Shown here in pieces: positions 23,085 through 33,046 of a stretch of DNA of 64,000 nt (positions within the stretch are counted from its first letter, which is position 1; the number at the start of each line of letters is the position of its first letter). The translations under genes and the position numbers were made by a program. The stretch spans positions 2,663 through 66,662 of the forward strand of contig CACNHT010000005.1 of assembly GCA_902620285.1 (NCBI GenBank). Reading direction: 5' to 3'. Under the pieces are notes generated by a model. It was given only the letters and a program-made list of their open reading frames with translations. It was not told the origin of the DNA and did no database searches. This stretch comes from an uncultured Alphaproteobacteria bacterium. Lineage in GTDB: Bacteria; Pseudomonadota; Alphaproteobacteria; HIMB59; GCA-002718135.

Positions 23085-23483
23085 ATGGCCTTTAATGATT
23101 CACTATCTGATATGCTTGCAAGAATAAAGAATGCTCATCAAGCAAATAAAGTTTCTACTTTGTGTCTAAAATCAAAATTAAATATAAACGTTTTATCTGT
23201 GCTTAAGGATGAAGGTTACATTAGAGATTTTAAAGATATTGAAGAAAGAAAAGGAGTAAATTCAATCAAAATTGATCTTAAATATTATAATGGAAATCCA
23301 GTTATTAAAAAAATTAAAAGAATATCTAAACCTGGTATTAGAAAATACTCTAAAATTAATGAGCTTAGCAAACCATATGGAGGTTTAGGAATTTCTATTC
23401 TTTCAACTCCAAAAGGAGTTATGTCGGATAATCAAGCAAAAAAAAATAATGTAGGTGGTGAAATTTTGTGTGAGGTTTTTTAA
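23085..23483 (+). CDS. rpsH: 30S ribosomal protein S8
   Basis: DMLARIKNA, SKPGIRKY, STPKGVM, GGEILC. Start moved to ATG 23085. Confidence 0.97.
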   Translation: MAFNDSLSDMLARIKNAHQANKVSTLCLKSKLNINVLSVLKDEGYIRDFKDIEERKGVNSIKIDLKYYNGNPVIKKIKRISKPGIRKYSKINELSKPYGGLGISILSTPKGVMSDNQAKKNNVGGEILCEVF

Positions 23484-24013
23484 TGTCAAGAATAGCTAAA
23501 AATCCAATAAAGATTTCAAAGGATGTAGAATGTACTTTCATAAATGGTATTTTTTCTGCTAAGGGCAAACTAGGTCATATGGAAATTGAAATAAATTCTA
23601 ACTTTAAAATAAATATCAATGAAGATGAGGTAAAAGTCTTACCATTAAATGATTTAAATAAAGATCCAAATTGGGGAACTACTAGAGCAATAGTTGCAAA
23701 TACTATCAATGGTGTAACAAATGGTTTTAGTAAAACATTAGAATTAAATGGAACTGGTTATAGGGCTAGCGTATCTGGTTCTAGATTAAAGTTAGAACTT
23801 GGTTTTAGCCATGATATAAATTTTGATATTCCAAAAGATGTAAAAATTGAATGCCCTAAACAAAATATTATTAAGCTTACAAGTATAAACAAGGAAAAGT
23901 TGGGAGCAGCAGCAGCTAAAATAAGATCATTTAGAAAACCCGAACCTTTTAAAGGCAAAGGCATAAAATATATGGATGAATATATCTTTAGAAAAGAAGG
24001 TAAAAAGAAATAA
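23483..24013 (+). CDS. rplF: 50S ribosomal protein L6
   Basis: MSRIAKNP, RKPEPFKGKGIKY. Confidence 0.98.
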   Translation: MSRIAKNPIKISKDVECTFINGIFSAKGKLGHMEIEINSNFKININEDEVKVLPLNDLNKDPNWGTTRAIVANTINGVTNGFSKTLELNGTGYRASVSGSRLKLELGFSHDINFDIPKDVKIECPKQNIIKLTSINKEKLGAAAAKIRSFRKPEPFKGKGIKYMDEYIFRKEGKKK

Positions 24014-24015
24014 TT

Positions 24016-24348
24016 ATGAAGGTTAGAAAACAAAGAGTAAGATACAAAATGAAAAAAGTATCAACAAGAAAAAGATTAACAGTTTTTAGGTCAAATAATC
24101 ATATTTATGCTCAATTAATTGACGATACAAATGGTTTAACTTTGGCCAGTTCATCATCACTTGAAAAATCAATAAAAGAGATGAAACTTAGTAAAAAAGA
24201 AATAGCTGAACTAATTGGTAAAAATATTGCAAAAAAAATAATTTCCAAAGGTATTGACGAGGTGGCTTTCGATAGAGGAAAATATAAATATCATGGATTA
24301 ATAAAAATACTTGCGGATGCTGCAAGAGTAGAAGGATTAAATTTCTAG
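24016..24348 (+). CDS. rplR: 50S ribosomal protein L18
   Basis: [27 protein letters not shown]. Confidence 0.97.
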   Translation: MKVRKQRVRYKMKKVSTRKRLTVFRSNNHIYAQLIDDTNGLTLASSSSLEKSIKEMKLSKKEIAELIGKNIAKKIISKGIDEVAFDRGKYKYHGLIKILADAARVEGLNF

Positions 24349-24356
24349 AGGTAATT

Positions 24357-24866
24357 ATGTTTGAAAATGAAAAAAATGAACTAAACGAACACCTAGTTAC
24401 AATCAACAGAGTTGCTAAAGTTGTTAAAGGTGGTAGAAGATTTGGATTTGCTGCAATTATGATAGTAGGAGATAGCAATGGAAGAGTGGGAATTGGAACT
24501 GGTAAAGCAAAAGAAGTTCCTGAAGCTGTTAGAAAAGCTACTGAGAATGCAAAAAGTAAGATGATCAGAGTGCACTTAAAAGAAAACAGAACTATCTATC
24601 ACGATACCATTGGTCGTTTTGGAGCAGGTAAAGTAATACTTCGAACTGCAGCACCAGGAACTGGAATTATAGCAGGAGGTCCTATGAGAGCACTATTTGA
24701 ATCTCTTGGTATTAAAGATGTTGTTGCAAAATCAACTGGAACTTCTAACCCTCATAATATGTTAAAGGCAACACTTAACGCTTTTAAAATGTCAGAGTCA
24801 CCAAAATCAGTTGCAGCAAAAAGATCAAAAAAAATTAATGAAATAAATAATAGCAAGAATATTTAA
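24357..24866 (+). CDS. rpsE: 30S ribosomal protein S5
   Basis: [23 protein letters not shown]. Confidence 0.98.
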   Translation: MFENEKNELNEHLVTINRVAKVVKGGRRFGFAAIMIVGDSNGRVGIGTGKAKEVPEAVRKATENAKSKMIRVHLKENRTIYHDTIGRFGAGKVILRTAAPGTGIIAGGPMRALFESLGIKDVVAKSTGTSNPHNMLKATLNAFKMSESPKSVAAKRSKKINEINNSKNI

Positions 24867-24867
24867 G

Positions 24868-25326
24868 ATGAAGATAAACGAACTAAAATCTAATTTAACC
24901 TCAGGAAAGAAATACAAGAGAAGGGGAAGAGGTTCCGGTTCAGGACTTGGTAAGACTTCTGGAAGAGGAGTTAAAGGACAAAAATCAAGATCTGGTGTTT
25001 CTATAAATGGTTTTGAAGGTGGTCAAATGCCACTCTATCGCCGTTTACCTAAGAGAGGTTTTAAAAATCCATTTAAAACTAAAATACAGAATATTAATTT
25101 TACCACTATTAATAACTTAATAAAAAAATATAAACTAAACCCAAATGAAATTACTGAAGAAGATCTTTTCACCAAAAATATTCTAAAAAGATCAAAAGGT
25201 AGTCTAAAGCTACTGAGCACTGGTGAGCCAGAAAACATAACTAATATACAAATTTCCTACGCCTCAAAAAAAGCCATAGATGTTTTAGAAAAAAGTGGTG
25301 GAAAAATAAAACTTACTAAGAAATAA
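24868..25326 (+). CDS. rplO: 50S ribosomal protein L15
   Basis: [40 protein letters not shown]. Confidence 0.98.
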   Translation: MKINELKSNLTSGKKYKRRGRGSGSGLGKTSGRGVKGQKSRSGVSINGFEGGQMPLYRRLPKRGFKNPFKTKIQNINFTTINNLIKKYKLNPNEITEEDLFTKNILKRSKGSLKLLSTGEPENITNIQISYASKKAIDVLEKSGGKIKLTKK

Positions 25327-26667
25327 ATGGCAACAGCTGCGGATAGATTAGCAAACAATTTAAACTTCGGTGCTTTGGGAAAAGCTACAGAGCTTAGACA
25401 AAGGCTATTGTTTACTTTAGGCGCATTGATTGTTTTTCGCCTAGGAACCTTTTTACCAATACCAGGTATTAACCCAATTGCACTTCAACAATTTTTTGAA
25501 CAACAATCTTCTGGTATTCTAGGTATATTTGATACATTCTCTGGTGGAGCACTCGGTAGAATGGGAATTTTTGCTCTTGGTGTTATGCCATATATTTCAT
25601 CATCAATCATAATGACATTAATGCAATCAGCTATTCCATATTTGAAATCTCTAAAAGAACAAGGTTCAAAAGGAAGAAGGCAACTACTTCAGTATACGCG
25701 ATATTTTACAGTTCTAATTGCTGCAGTACAGGGTTATGGTGTGTCTATTGGATTAGAATCAATGCAAACTACATACGGCAATATCGTTTTCGAACCTGGT
25801 TTATTTTTTAGATTAACGACTGTTATCACTCTTGTAGGTGGAACTATCTTTTTAATGTGGTTAGGGGAACAAATTTCATCAAGAGGAGTAGGTAATGGAA
25901 TTTCCTTAATTATTACTGCTGGTATAATTGCTAACCTTCCTAGTGCTTTTGTATCCACATTACAATTAGGAAGAACAGGTGAACTGAGCATTGCATTTAT
26001 TTTGGCGATATTAATTCTTATACTCTTATTGATTATTTTTATTGTTTTTGTTGAAAAAGCTCAAAGAAGATTACCTGTTCAATATCCTAAGAGACAAGTA
26101 GGAAATAAAATTTATGGGGGCCAAAGCTCTCATTTACCATTAAAAATAAATACGGCTGGAGTTATCCCTGTTATCTTTGCATCCTCAATCTTACTTCTTC
26201 CAAACACTATGTCAGGTTTTGGAGCTGGATCTTCGAGCGATATCTTTATTTTAATTTCTAGTTATTTAGGAAGAGGTCAGCCACTTTATTTAGGATTATA
26301 CGCAGCAATGATAATATTTTTTGGATTCTTTTACACATCTATTGTTTTTAATCCTGATGAACAAGCTGAAAACTTAAGAAAATATGGTGGATTTATTCCT
26401 GGTATCAGACCTGGTGAAAATACAGCAAAATATATCGAATTTGTCTTAATTAGACTAACAACTATTGGAACAATTTATTTAACATTTGTAGCTTTACTTC
26501 CAGAATTTTTACTTTCTAGAACATCTATACCGTTTTACCTTGGAGGAACAGCATTACTTATCGTTGTTGTTGTTATGATAGACTTTATTACTCAGGTACA
26601 ATCTCATCTTTTTCAACATCAATATGAAGGTCTTCTCAAAAAAACAAAGTTAAAAGGCAGAAGATAA
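25327..26667 (+). CDS. secY: Preprotein translocase subunit SecY
   Basis: IFALGVMPYISSSII, GVGNGISLII, FIPGIRPG; multiple TM helices. Confidence 0.99.
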   Translation: MATAADRLANNLNFGALGKATELRQRLLFTLGALIVFRLGTFLPIPGINPIALQQFFEQQSSGILGIFDTFSGGALGRMGIFALGVMPYISSSIIMTLMQSAIPYLKSLKEQGSKGRRQLLQYTRYFTVLIAAVQGYGVSIGLESMQTTYGNIVFEPGLFFRLTTVITLVGGTIFLMWLGEQISSRGVGNGISLIITAGIIANLPSAFVSTLQLGRTGELSIAFILAILILILLLIIFIVFVEKAQRRLPVQYPKRQVGNKIYGGQSSHLPLKINTAGVIPVIFASSILLLPNTMSGFGAGSSSDIFILISSYLGRGQPLYLGLYAAMIIFFGFFYTSIVFNPDEQAENLRKYGGFIPGIRPGENTAKYIEFVLIRLTTIGTIYLTFVALLPEFLLSRTSIPFYLGGTALLIVVVVMIDFITQVQSHLFQHQYEGLLKKTKLKGRR

Positions 26668-26668
26668 A

Positions 26669-27241
26669 TTGAATAATATAATTTTTTTTGGCCCACCTGG
26701 AGCAGGAAAAGGTACTCAAGCTAAAATAATATCTGAATACTTGAAGATATCACATCTTTCTACTGGAGACATATTAAGAAAAAAATTACTAGAAAAAGAT
26801 CAATTAGCAAATGAATTAAATGAGATTATGTCTTCAGGTAATTTAGTTTCTGATGATATTTTAAATTCTATTGTCTCATCAAGGTTACAAAATGAAACAA
26901 AAAAAGGTTTTATTCTTGATGGTTATCCTAGAACTTTAAAACAATCAGAATTTCTTAATAATTTTCTTTCTAATAATTCAAATAAAATTAATTATATTTT
27001 TAATATACAAATTAACTTTGATATTTTGAAAGATCGAATAGTAAAAAGATCTTCGGAGGAAAGTAGAGAAGATGATAATCTAAATGTTATTGAAACTAGA
27101 TATAAGGAATATTTAAATTCCACTCAAAAGGTCTCGGATTATTATAAAGATAGACTATCTAATATATTTTATGAAATAGACGGATCTTTACAAATTCAAG
27201 AAATAACTCAAAAAATTATTAAAATTTTAAAAAAATCATGA
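26669..27241 (+). CDS. adk: Adenylate kinase (short form, minimal LID)
   Basis: GPPGAGKGTQA, STGDILR, LDGYPRT, REDD. Confidence 0.96.
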   Translation: MNNIIFFGPPGAGKGTQAKIISEYLKISHLSTGDILRKKLLEKDQLANELNEIMSSGNLVSDDILNSIVSSRLQNETKKGFILDGYPRTLKQSEFLNNFLSNNSNKINYIFNIQINFDILKDRIVKRSSEESREDDNLNVIETRYKEYLNSTQKVSDYYKDRLSNIFYEIDGSLQIQEITQKIIKILKKS

Positions 27242-27270
27242 AAAACAGCCAAAATTCAGGATATCTTTCC

Positions 27271-27300
27271 TTGACTAGTTATATAAACATCATGTATGCA
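27271..27300 (+). promoter_or_regulatory. Putative promoter of the alpha operon
   Basis: TTGACT at 27271-76 in the only sizeable spacer (adk-rpsM); weak -10. Confidence 0.4.
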
Positions 27301-27329
27301 CCCTAATCATTTTTTTTTAGAACTCTTAT

Positions 27330-27710
27330 ATGGCTAGAATTTCAGGCGTTAATATACCAACAAATAAAAAAGTAAACATTGCGCTTACCTATATTTTTGG
27401 AATTGGTAATAAATTTGCCTTAGATATTTGTAAAAATGCTTCAATCGATATTTCAAAAAGAGTTAGCGAACTAAATGAAGAAGAAGTTAATAAATTAAGA
27501 GATTTAATTGATAAAGATTATTCTGTTGAAGGCGATTTAAGAAGAAAGATATCATTAGACATAAAAAGATTAAATGATTTAGGTTGTTACAGAGGTCTTA
27601 GACATCGAAAAAAATTACCTGTAAGAGGTCAAAGAACTCATACAAACGCTAGAACTAGAAAAGGTAAAGCAGTGGCAATAGCGGGAAAGAAAAAAGTTAC
27701 TAAAGGTTAG
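27330..27710 (+). CDS. rpsM: 30S ribosomal protein S13
   Basis: [36 protein letters not shown]. Confidence 0.99.
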   Translation: MARISGVNIPTNKKVNIALTYIFGIGNKFALDICKNASIDISKRVSELNEEEVNKLRDLIDKDYSVEGDLRRKISLDIKRLNDLGCYRGLRHRKKLPVRGQRTHTNARTRKGKAVAIAGKKKVTKG

Positions 27711-27711
27711 T

Positions 27712-28092
27712 ATGGCGGATAAAAAAAAATCAAAAGTTAAGAAAAAAATATCAACTGGTGTTGCTCATATACTTTCTTCTTTTAATAATACCATTATCAC
27801 TATTTCTGACGAAAAAGGTAATGCAATAGCTTGGTCTTCATCTGGTCATAAAGGTTTTAAAGGTTCAAGAAAATCAACTCCTTATGCCGCACAAATAGCA
27901 GCAGAGGATGTAGGAAATAAAGCTAAAGAATATGGTTTAAAAAATTTAAAAGTGGAAGTATCTGGACCTGGTTCTGGAAGAGAATCAGCACTTAGATCTT
28001 TGCAATCAATTGGATATGTTATTACTTCTATTAGAGATGTGACACCAATACCTCACAATGGTTGCAGACCTAGAAAAAGAAGAAGAGTTTAG
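27712..28092 (+). CDS. rpsK: 30S ribosomal protein S11
   Basis: [29 protein letters not shown]. Confidence 0.99.
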   Translation: MADKKKSKVKKKISTGVAHILSSFNNTIITISDEKGNAIAWSSSGHKGFKGSRKSTPYAAQIAAEDVGNKAKEYGLKNLKVEVSGPGSGRESALRSLQSIGYVITSIRDVTPIPHNGCRPRKRRRV

Positions 28093-28108
28093 AAAAGGAG
28101 CATTTATA

Positions 28109-29131
28109 GTGTTACAAAAAAATTGGAGTGAATTGATTAAACCTACCAAAATGGAAGTTAATGTAGATGAAAATAATGGTAAAATAGGTAAACTTATTGC
28201 TGAACCATTGGAACGTGGCTTTGGTTTAACACTAGGTAATTCAATAAGAAGAATTTTATTATCTTCATTACAAGGAGCTGCTATTACTTCTGTAAAAATA
28301 AAAGGTGTTGTGCATGAGTTCTCTACTATTACTGGTGTTAAAGAAGATTTAACAGATATACTTTTAAATCTAAAATCTGTGGCAGTGAAAGTTCATTCAC
28401 CAGGTTTAAAAAAAATGTATTTAAAATCTACAGGATCAGGAGAGCTAAGAGCAGGTAACTTTGAAACAGACTCAGAAACAGAAATTATGAACCCTGACCA
28501 ATTAATTATGACTCTTGATTCAAATGCAAACGTTGAAATTGAAGCCAATGTTGAAACAGGTAAAGGTTATGTATCAGCAGAAGTTGCAGAGGATGAAAAC
28601 AAGATAATAGGTGAAATTAAATTAGACGCAATGTTCAGCCCTGTTGTAAAAGCCTCTTATAAAGTAGAAAATAGTAGGGTTGGTCAAGTAACTGACTTTG
28701 ATAAACTTGTTTTTGATGTTGAAACCAATGGTGCAATTACGCCAGACGATGCTATTGCACTAGCAGCAAGAATATTACAAGATCAATTACAGCCATTCAT
28801 TAACTTTGATGAACCTGAAGTACTTCCTGATCAATCTCAAGCGGAAAAATTGTCTTTTAATTCAAATTTATTAAAGAAAGTTGAAGAATTGGAATTATCA
28901 GTTAGATCAGCCAATTGTCTTAAAAATGATAATATTATTTATATAGGTGACTTAGTGCAGAAATCTGAGTCAGAGATGTTAAGAACTCCAAATTTTGGAA
29001 GAAAATCACTAAACGAAATTAAAGAGGTTCTTCAACAAATGGAACTTAACTTAGGTATGTCAGTTCCTGACTGGCCGCCAGAAAATATTGACGAACTTGC
29101 AAAAAAATACGAGGACCCTTTCAATAAATAA
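28109..29131 (+). CDS. rpoA: RNA polymerase alpha subunit
   Basis: [42 protein letters not shown]. Start moved to GTG 28109 (AGGAG SD at 28096-28100). Confidence 0.98.
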   Translation: MLQKNWSELIKPTKMEVNVDENNGKIGKLIAEPLERGFGLTLGNSIRRILLSSLQGAAITSVKIKGVVHEFSTITGVKEDLTDILLNLKSVAVKVHSPGLKKMYLKSTGSGELRAGNFETDSETEIMNPDQLIMTLDSNANVEIEANVETGKGYVSAEVAEDENKIIGEIKLDAMFSPVVKASYKVENSRVGQVTDFDKLVFDVETNGAITPDDAIALAARILQDQLQPFINFDEPEVLPDQSQAEKLSFNSNLLKKVEELELSVRSANCLKNDNIIYIGDLVQKSESEMLRTPNFGRKSLNEIKEVLQQMELNLGMSVPDWPPENIDELAKKYEDPFNK

Positions 29132-29136
29132 GATTT

Positions 29137-29577
29137 ATGAGACATAACATAAAAAATAAAAAACTTAATAAAGATAGTTCTCATAGAAAAGCTATGTTCA
29201 TGAATCTGTCAAATGCTCTTATAAAGCACGAACAAATAACAACTACTCTAGCAAAAGCTAAAGAACTAAGAAAATTTGTAGAGAAAATAATAACTTTAGG
29301 AAAAAAAGGTGATTTATTATCAAGAAGAAAAACTATCTCAATATTACAAGATCAAAAAATGTCTAAAAAAGTTTTTGATGTACTAGCTGATAGATATAAA
29401 AATAGAAGTGGGGGATACACTCGTATAGTGAAACTTGGAAATAGATTTGGTGATAATGCCCCTACTGCAGTAATTGAATTTATTGATAGAGACGAAAGTG
29501 CAAAAGGACTAGATAGTGGTCCAGTAATTGAAAAAAAATCTACAGAAGAAGAAGTAGAGCAACAACCACAGATTTAA
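29137..29577 (+). CDS. rplQ: 50S ribosomal protein L17
   Basis: MRH...[21 protein letters not shown]. Confidence 0.98.
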   Translation: MRHNIKNKKLNKDSSHRKAMFMNLSNALIKHEQITTTLAKAKELRKFVEKIITLGKKGDLLSRRKTISILQDQKMSKKVFDVLADRYKNRSGGYTRIVKLGNRFGDNAPTAVIEFIDRDESAKGLDSGPVIEKKSTEEEVEQQPQI

Positions 29578-29583
29578 AAGCTA

Positions 29584-29949
29584 TTGTTTAATTTAATCCT
29601 TGTAGCTACAGGTGGAGCAACCGGAGCCGTTTTAAGATTTATTTTAACTAATCTAAGCAAATCTTTACTTGCAAATAGTATTTATGGAACACTTTCAGTA
29701 AATATTTTAGGATCTTTTTTTATTGGATATCTTATTACTTCTAATATTTTTAAGAATTTTTCTGAAGACTTTATTAAATTTTTTTTAATTATTGGATTAC
29801 TTGGATCTTTTACAACTTTTTCTACATTTTCTTATGAAACACTCGGTTTAATTATGGAAAAAAAAATCTTTGTGTCAATTTTTTATATTTTCTTTTCAAT
29901 ATCAGTTTGTATTTTATCTGCTTATTTAGGAATAATAATAAATAAGTAG
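29584..29949 (+). CDS. crcB: Fluoride channel FluC/CrcB
   Basis: GGATGAVLR, GTLSVNILGSF, GLLGSFTTFSTF; four TM segments. Confidence 0.93.
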   Translation: MFNLILVATGGATGAVLRFILTNLSKSLLANSIYGTLSVNILGSFFIGYLITSNIFKNFSEDFIKFFLIIGLLGSFTTFSTFSYETLGLIMEKKIFVSIFYIFFSISVCILSAYLGIIINK

Positions 29950-29953
29950 CAAA

Positions 29954-30868
29954 TTGATAAAAAATATAAAAATTAAAGAAAATTATGAGGTGAGATTAGA
30001 TAAGTATTTGAAAAATTTGTACACCTCTCTTACTCAAAGTTTTATTGAAAAAAATATAAGAAAAAAAAATATATTAATTAATAATCGTCGCACAACTTCA
30101 AATTATCTTGTTAAATTTAATGATAATTTAAGTATTTTAAACTTTCATGACCAATTATATAAAAATAGAATAATTTATAAGAAAAACATAAAAATTTCTA
30201 AAAAAGATTTAATAAAGTTTAATAAATCAATAATATTTCAAAATAATGATTTTCTTGTCTTAAACAAATGGGATGAAATTGCTACTCAAGGTGGTAGTAA
30301 AATTAATATATCTATTGATCATATAATTAAAACCATTAACTCAAATTATAGACTCGTACATAGACTAGATAAACAAACTACAGGTTTATTACTAATTGCT
30401 AAAAATTTAAAATACGCAAAATATTTTTCAACACTGTTTAAAAAGAAATATATTAAAAAGTTTTATATAGCTTTATGTGAAGGAGCTCCTAAAAATAAAA
30501 TGTCACAAGTAAATTTGATTATAAAAAATAAAAAACTTAAAACTGAAAATAGCATAACTAATTATAAACTACTTAACACTAAAAATGGGATTTCGCAGTT
30601 ATTGTATAATCCTAAAACTGGTAAAACACATCAGTTAAGAATTGTTTCAAAGAATCTTGGTTGTCCAATTATAGGTGATAAAAAATATAATGCTTTATCC
30701 AAGCTAAGAAAAGAAAAATTAATGTTACATGCTTATAGTTTAAAATTCTCAATTAATAATAAGTTAGTGGAGTATGTCGCAGATTTACCCGATCACTTTA
30801 TAACTTTTATTAAAGAAAATAATTTAACATTAATTAAAAATTCCCAAATTTATTTAGATTCTTTTTAA
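29954..30868 (+). CDS. RluA/RluC-family pseudouridine synthase with N-terminal S4 domain
   Basis: RLDKYL (S4), VHRLDKQTTG catalytic Asp motif, TGKTHQLR, PIIGDKKY, LHA. Confidence 0.9.
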   Translation: MIKNIKIKENYEVRLDKYLKNLYTSLTQSFIEKNIRKKNILINNRRTTSNYLVKFNDNLSILNFHDQLYKNRIIYKKNIKISKKDLIKFNKSIIFQNNDFLVLNKWDEIATQGGSKINISIDHIIKTINSNYRLVHRLDKQTTGLLLIAKNLKYAKYFSTLFKKKYIKKFYIALCEGAPKNKMSQVNLIIKNKKLKTENSITNYKLLNTKNGISQLLYNPKTGKTHQLRIVSKNLGCPIIGDKKYNALSKLRKEKLMLHAYSLKFSINNKLVEYVADLPDHFITFIKENNLTLIKNSQIYLDSF

Positions 30869-31501
30869 TTTATCTATAAATATATTTTTAAAACGTTCAT
30901 CAAACTCACTTTGATCCAATTTAATACCTAATTCTTCCATAGAAGTATTTTCAAATTCTTTTAAACCACATGAATGAATATAATCATAATATCTCAGATC
31001 AGGATTAATATTAAAACTCATACCATGATAAGTAATCCATTTTTTTACTCTAAGACCAATAGCGCCAATTTTTTTTTCTTTGTCAAAAGCTATTTTATTA
31101 TTTTTAATTACCCAAATACCCACTCTATCTTTGAATGCTCTAGCTTCAATATTGTAATTTTTTAAAAACGTAATTAATGAATCTTCGATTATAGAAATGA
31201 ACTTTCGTATATCTTTTTTTTTATTATTTAAATTTAACATAAAATACACAATTCTTTGACCTGGACCATGATAGGTGGTCTTGCCTCCACGATTTGTTTT
31301 AATTACATCAATAATACTCGAGTCTAATATCTCATCATTTTTAGCACTAGTTCCTTGAGTAAAAATATGATTATGAGTTAAAAACCACAATAATTCCTTT
31401 GAAAGATTGTTATGTATATTTTCTACTTTTGATTCCATAAACATGACTGCCTCATCATAATTTATTTCATTCCTAGATATTTTAACTTCAATCTCTTTCA
31501 T
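30854..31501 (-). CDS. lipB: Lipoyl(octanoyl) transferase LipB
   Basis: RGGKTTYHGPGQ, GIW, KIGAIG, HGMSFN, SCG. Confidence 0.95.
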   Translation of the reverse strand: MKEIEVKISRNEINYDEAVMFMESKVENIHNNLSKELLWFLTHNHIFTQGTSAKNDEILDSSIIDVIKTNRGGKTTYHGPGQRIVYFMLNLNNKKKDIRKFISIIEDSLITFLKNYNIEARAFKDRVGIWVIKNNKIAFDKEKKIGAIGLRVKKWITYHGMSFNINPDLRYYDYIHSCGLKEFENTSMEELGIKLDQSEFDERFKNIFIDKLKRI

Positions 31502-31562
31502 CTTGTTTATTTTACTTTATTGCTAGTTAATATTCTATCTGATATTTAATTCTACTATATAA

Positions 31563-31649
31563 GCGGCTGTGGCGGAATTGGTATACGCGCAGCGTTGAGG
31601 TCGCTGTGGGATTTATCCTGTGGAAGTTCAAGTCTTCTCAGCCGCACCA
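31563..31649 (+). tRNA. tRNA-Leu(GAG)
   Basis: GCGGCTG/CAGCCGC acceptor stem, CAGCG-TTGAGGT-CGCTG anticodon arm, long variable arm, AGTTCAAGTCT T-loop, CCA end. Confidence 0.95.
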
Positions 31650-31655
31650 ATTTAT

Positions 31656-33023
31656 ATGGAAGAAATTATTATTAAAAAAGATCAGGATTCTTCAATTAAA
31701 TCTGTTGAATTAGTAACAAATTATTTAGAGAATTATAAATATGATGACGTTCTATCTTATTTAAAAGATATTCATAATGCAGATATTGCAGATATTCTTC
31801 AAAATTTAGACCCAGTTTTAAGATTAAGCCTTTTGAACATTATTGATAAGAATTTTGATCCTGAAATTTTAACTTATTTAAATGATAGTATTAGAGAGGA
31901 AATAATAGAAACTTTGGATATTAAACAATTAGCTAATAATGCAAAAAGTTTAGATATTGATGATGCTGTCGACTTAGCTGAAGATTTAGAGGAAAAAGAT
32001 CAGACTATATTCTTAGAAAATTTAGATAAAGAAGAACGTACACTGGTTGAAGAAGGATTAAACTATCCTCAAGATTCTGCAGGAAGATTAATGCAAAGAC
32101 AATTTGTTGCCGTTAATCAATCATGGAATGTTGGTCAAGCAATTGATTATTTAAGAAAAAATAAAGGAGATTTACCTGAAGATTTTTATGATATTTATTT
32201 AATCAATAACAATAAAGAAGCAAAAGGTGTAGTTCCATTGGGAAGATTAATGGGTTCAAAAAGAGAAATAGAATTAAACTCAATAACAAATAAAGATTTA
32301 AGATTAATTGATGTAAATACAGATCAAGAAGATGTAGCATTATTATTTAACAAATATGGATTAGTCAGTGCGCCAGTTATTAATAATCAAAAAAAAATTA
32401 TTGGATCAATTACAGTTGATGATGTTGTAGAAGTTATAGAAGAAGAAAGAGAGGAAGATATTTTAAAGCTTGGAGGTGTAGATCATACAGATTTATATGA
32501 GTCAGTTGTTGCTACAACAAAATCAAGAATTTCATGGTTAATTGTAAATTTAATGACAGCCGTAGTAGCTTCTATAGTCATAGGTCTATTTGAAGCTGCT
32601 ATAGAAAAAGTAGTAGCCTTAGCTATTCTAATGCCAATAGTAGCTTCAATGGGTGCCAATGCTGGCACTCAAACTTTAACAGTTGCAGTGCGAGCTATTG
32701 CAGTGAAAAAATTAACAGCTAGCAATGCTCTAAAAATAATAAGTAAAGAGACTCTCATTGGTGGTATAAATGGTATGATATTCGCTATTATAATATCTTT
32801 AATTTCTATTTATTGGTTTGATAATTTGCTTTTGGGTTTAATAATAGGTCTTGCTATGATACTTAATTTACTTATTGCCGGTTTTTCAGGTATTGTAATT
32901 CCACTAATTTTAGATAAGTTGAAAATTGATCCTGCTTTAGCATCTGCAGTAATTTTGACTACAATAACTGATGTTTTTGGCTTTTTATCTTTTCTTGGAT
33001 TAGCAACTTTATTTTTAATTTAA
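31656..33023 (+). CDS. mgtE: Magnesium transporter MgtE
   Basis: Acidic N domain, SAGRLM CBS pair, GSITVDDV, MPIVASMGANAGTQ, DPALAS..LTTITD. Start moved to ATG 31656, downstream of the tRNA. Confidence 0.95.
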   Translation: MEEIIIKKDQDSSIKSVELVTNYLENYKYDDVLSYLKDIHNADIADILQNLDPVLRLSLLNIIDKNFDPEILTYLNDSIREEIIETLDIKQLANNAKSLDIDDAVDLAEDLEEKDQTIFLENLDKEERTLVEEGLNYPQDSAGRLMQRQFVAVNQSWNVGQAIDYLRKNKGDLPEDFYDIYLINNNKEAKGVVPLGRLMGSKREIELNSITNKDLRLIDVNTDQEDVALLFNKYGLVSAPVINNQKKIIGSITVDDVVEVIEEEREEDILKLGGVDHTDLYESVVATTKSRISWLIVNLMTAVVASIVIGLFEAAIEKVVALAILMPIVASMGANAGTQTLTVAVRAIAVKKLTASNALKIISKETLIGGINGMIFAIIISLISIYWFDNLLLGLIIGLAMILNLLIAGFSGIVIPLILDKLKIDPALASAVILTTITDVFGFLSFLGLATLFLI

Positions 33024-33046
33024 TCTGGCCTATTTAACTTGAAACA

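Noticed and set aside
2982-25991. Many 60-134 aa minus-strand or alternative-frame ORFs inside ribosomal and rpo genes (for example 4823-5227, 19637-20008, 22393-22731)
   Set aside because: They lie over highly conserved genes; antisense open frames are expected from codon bias.
29578-29583. Fluoride riboswitch upstream of crcB
   Set aside because: Only 6 nt separate rplQ and crcB; there is no room.
31563-31649. tRNA-Leu as an integration site for the downstream catabolic region
   Set aside because: No integrase and no duplicated tRNA 3' end was seen, and housekeeping genes follow directly.
31620-31655. Extended mgtE N-terminus (GTG 31620) from the ORF track
   Set aside because: It overlaps the T-arm and acceptor stem of tRNA-Leu; ATG 31656 is preferred.
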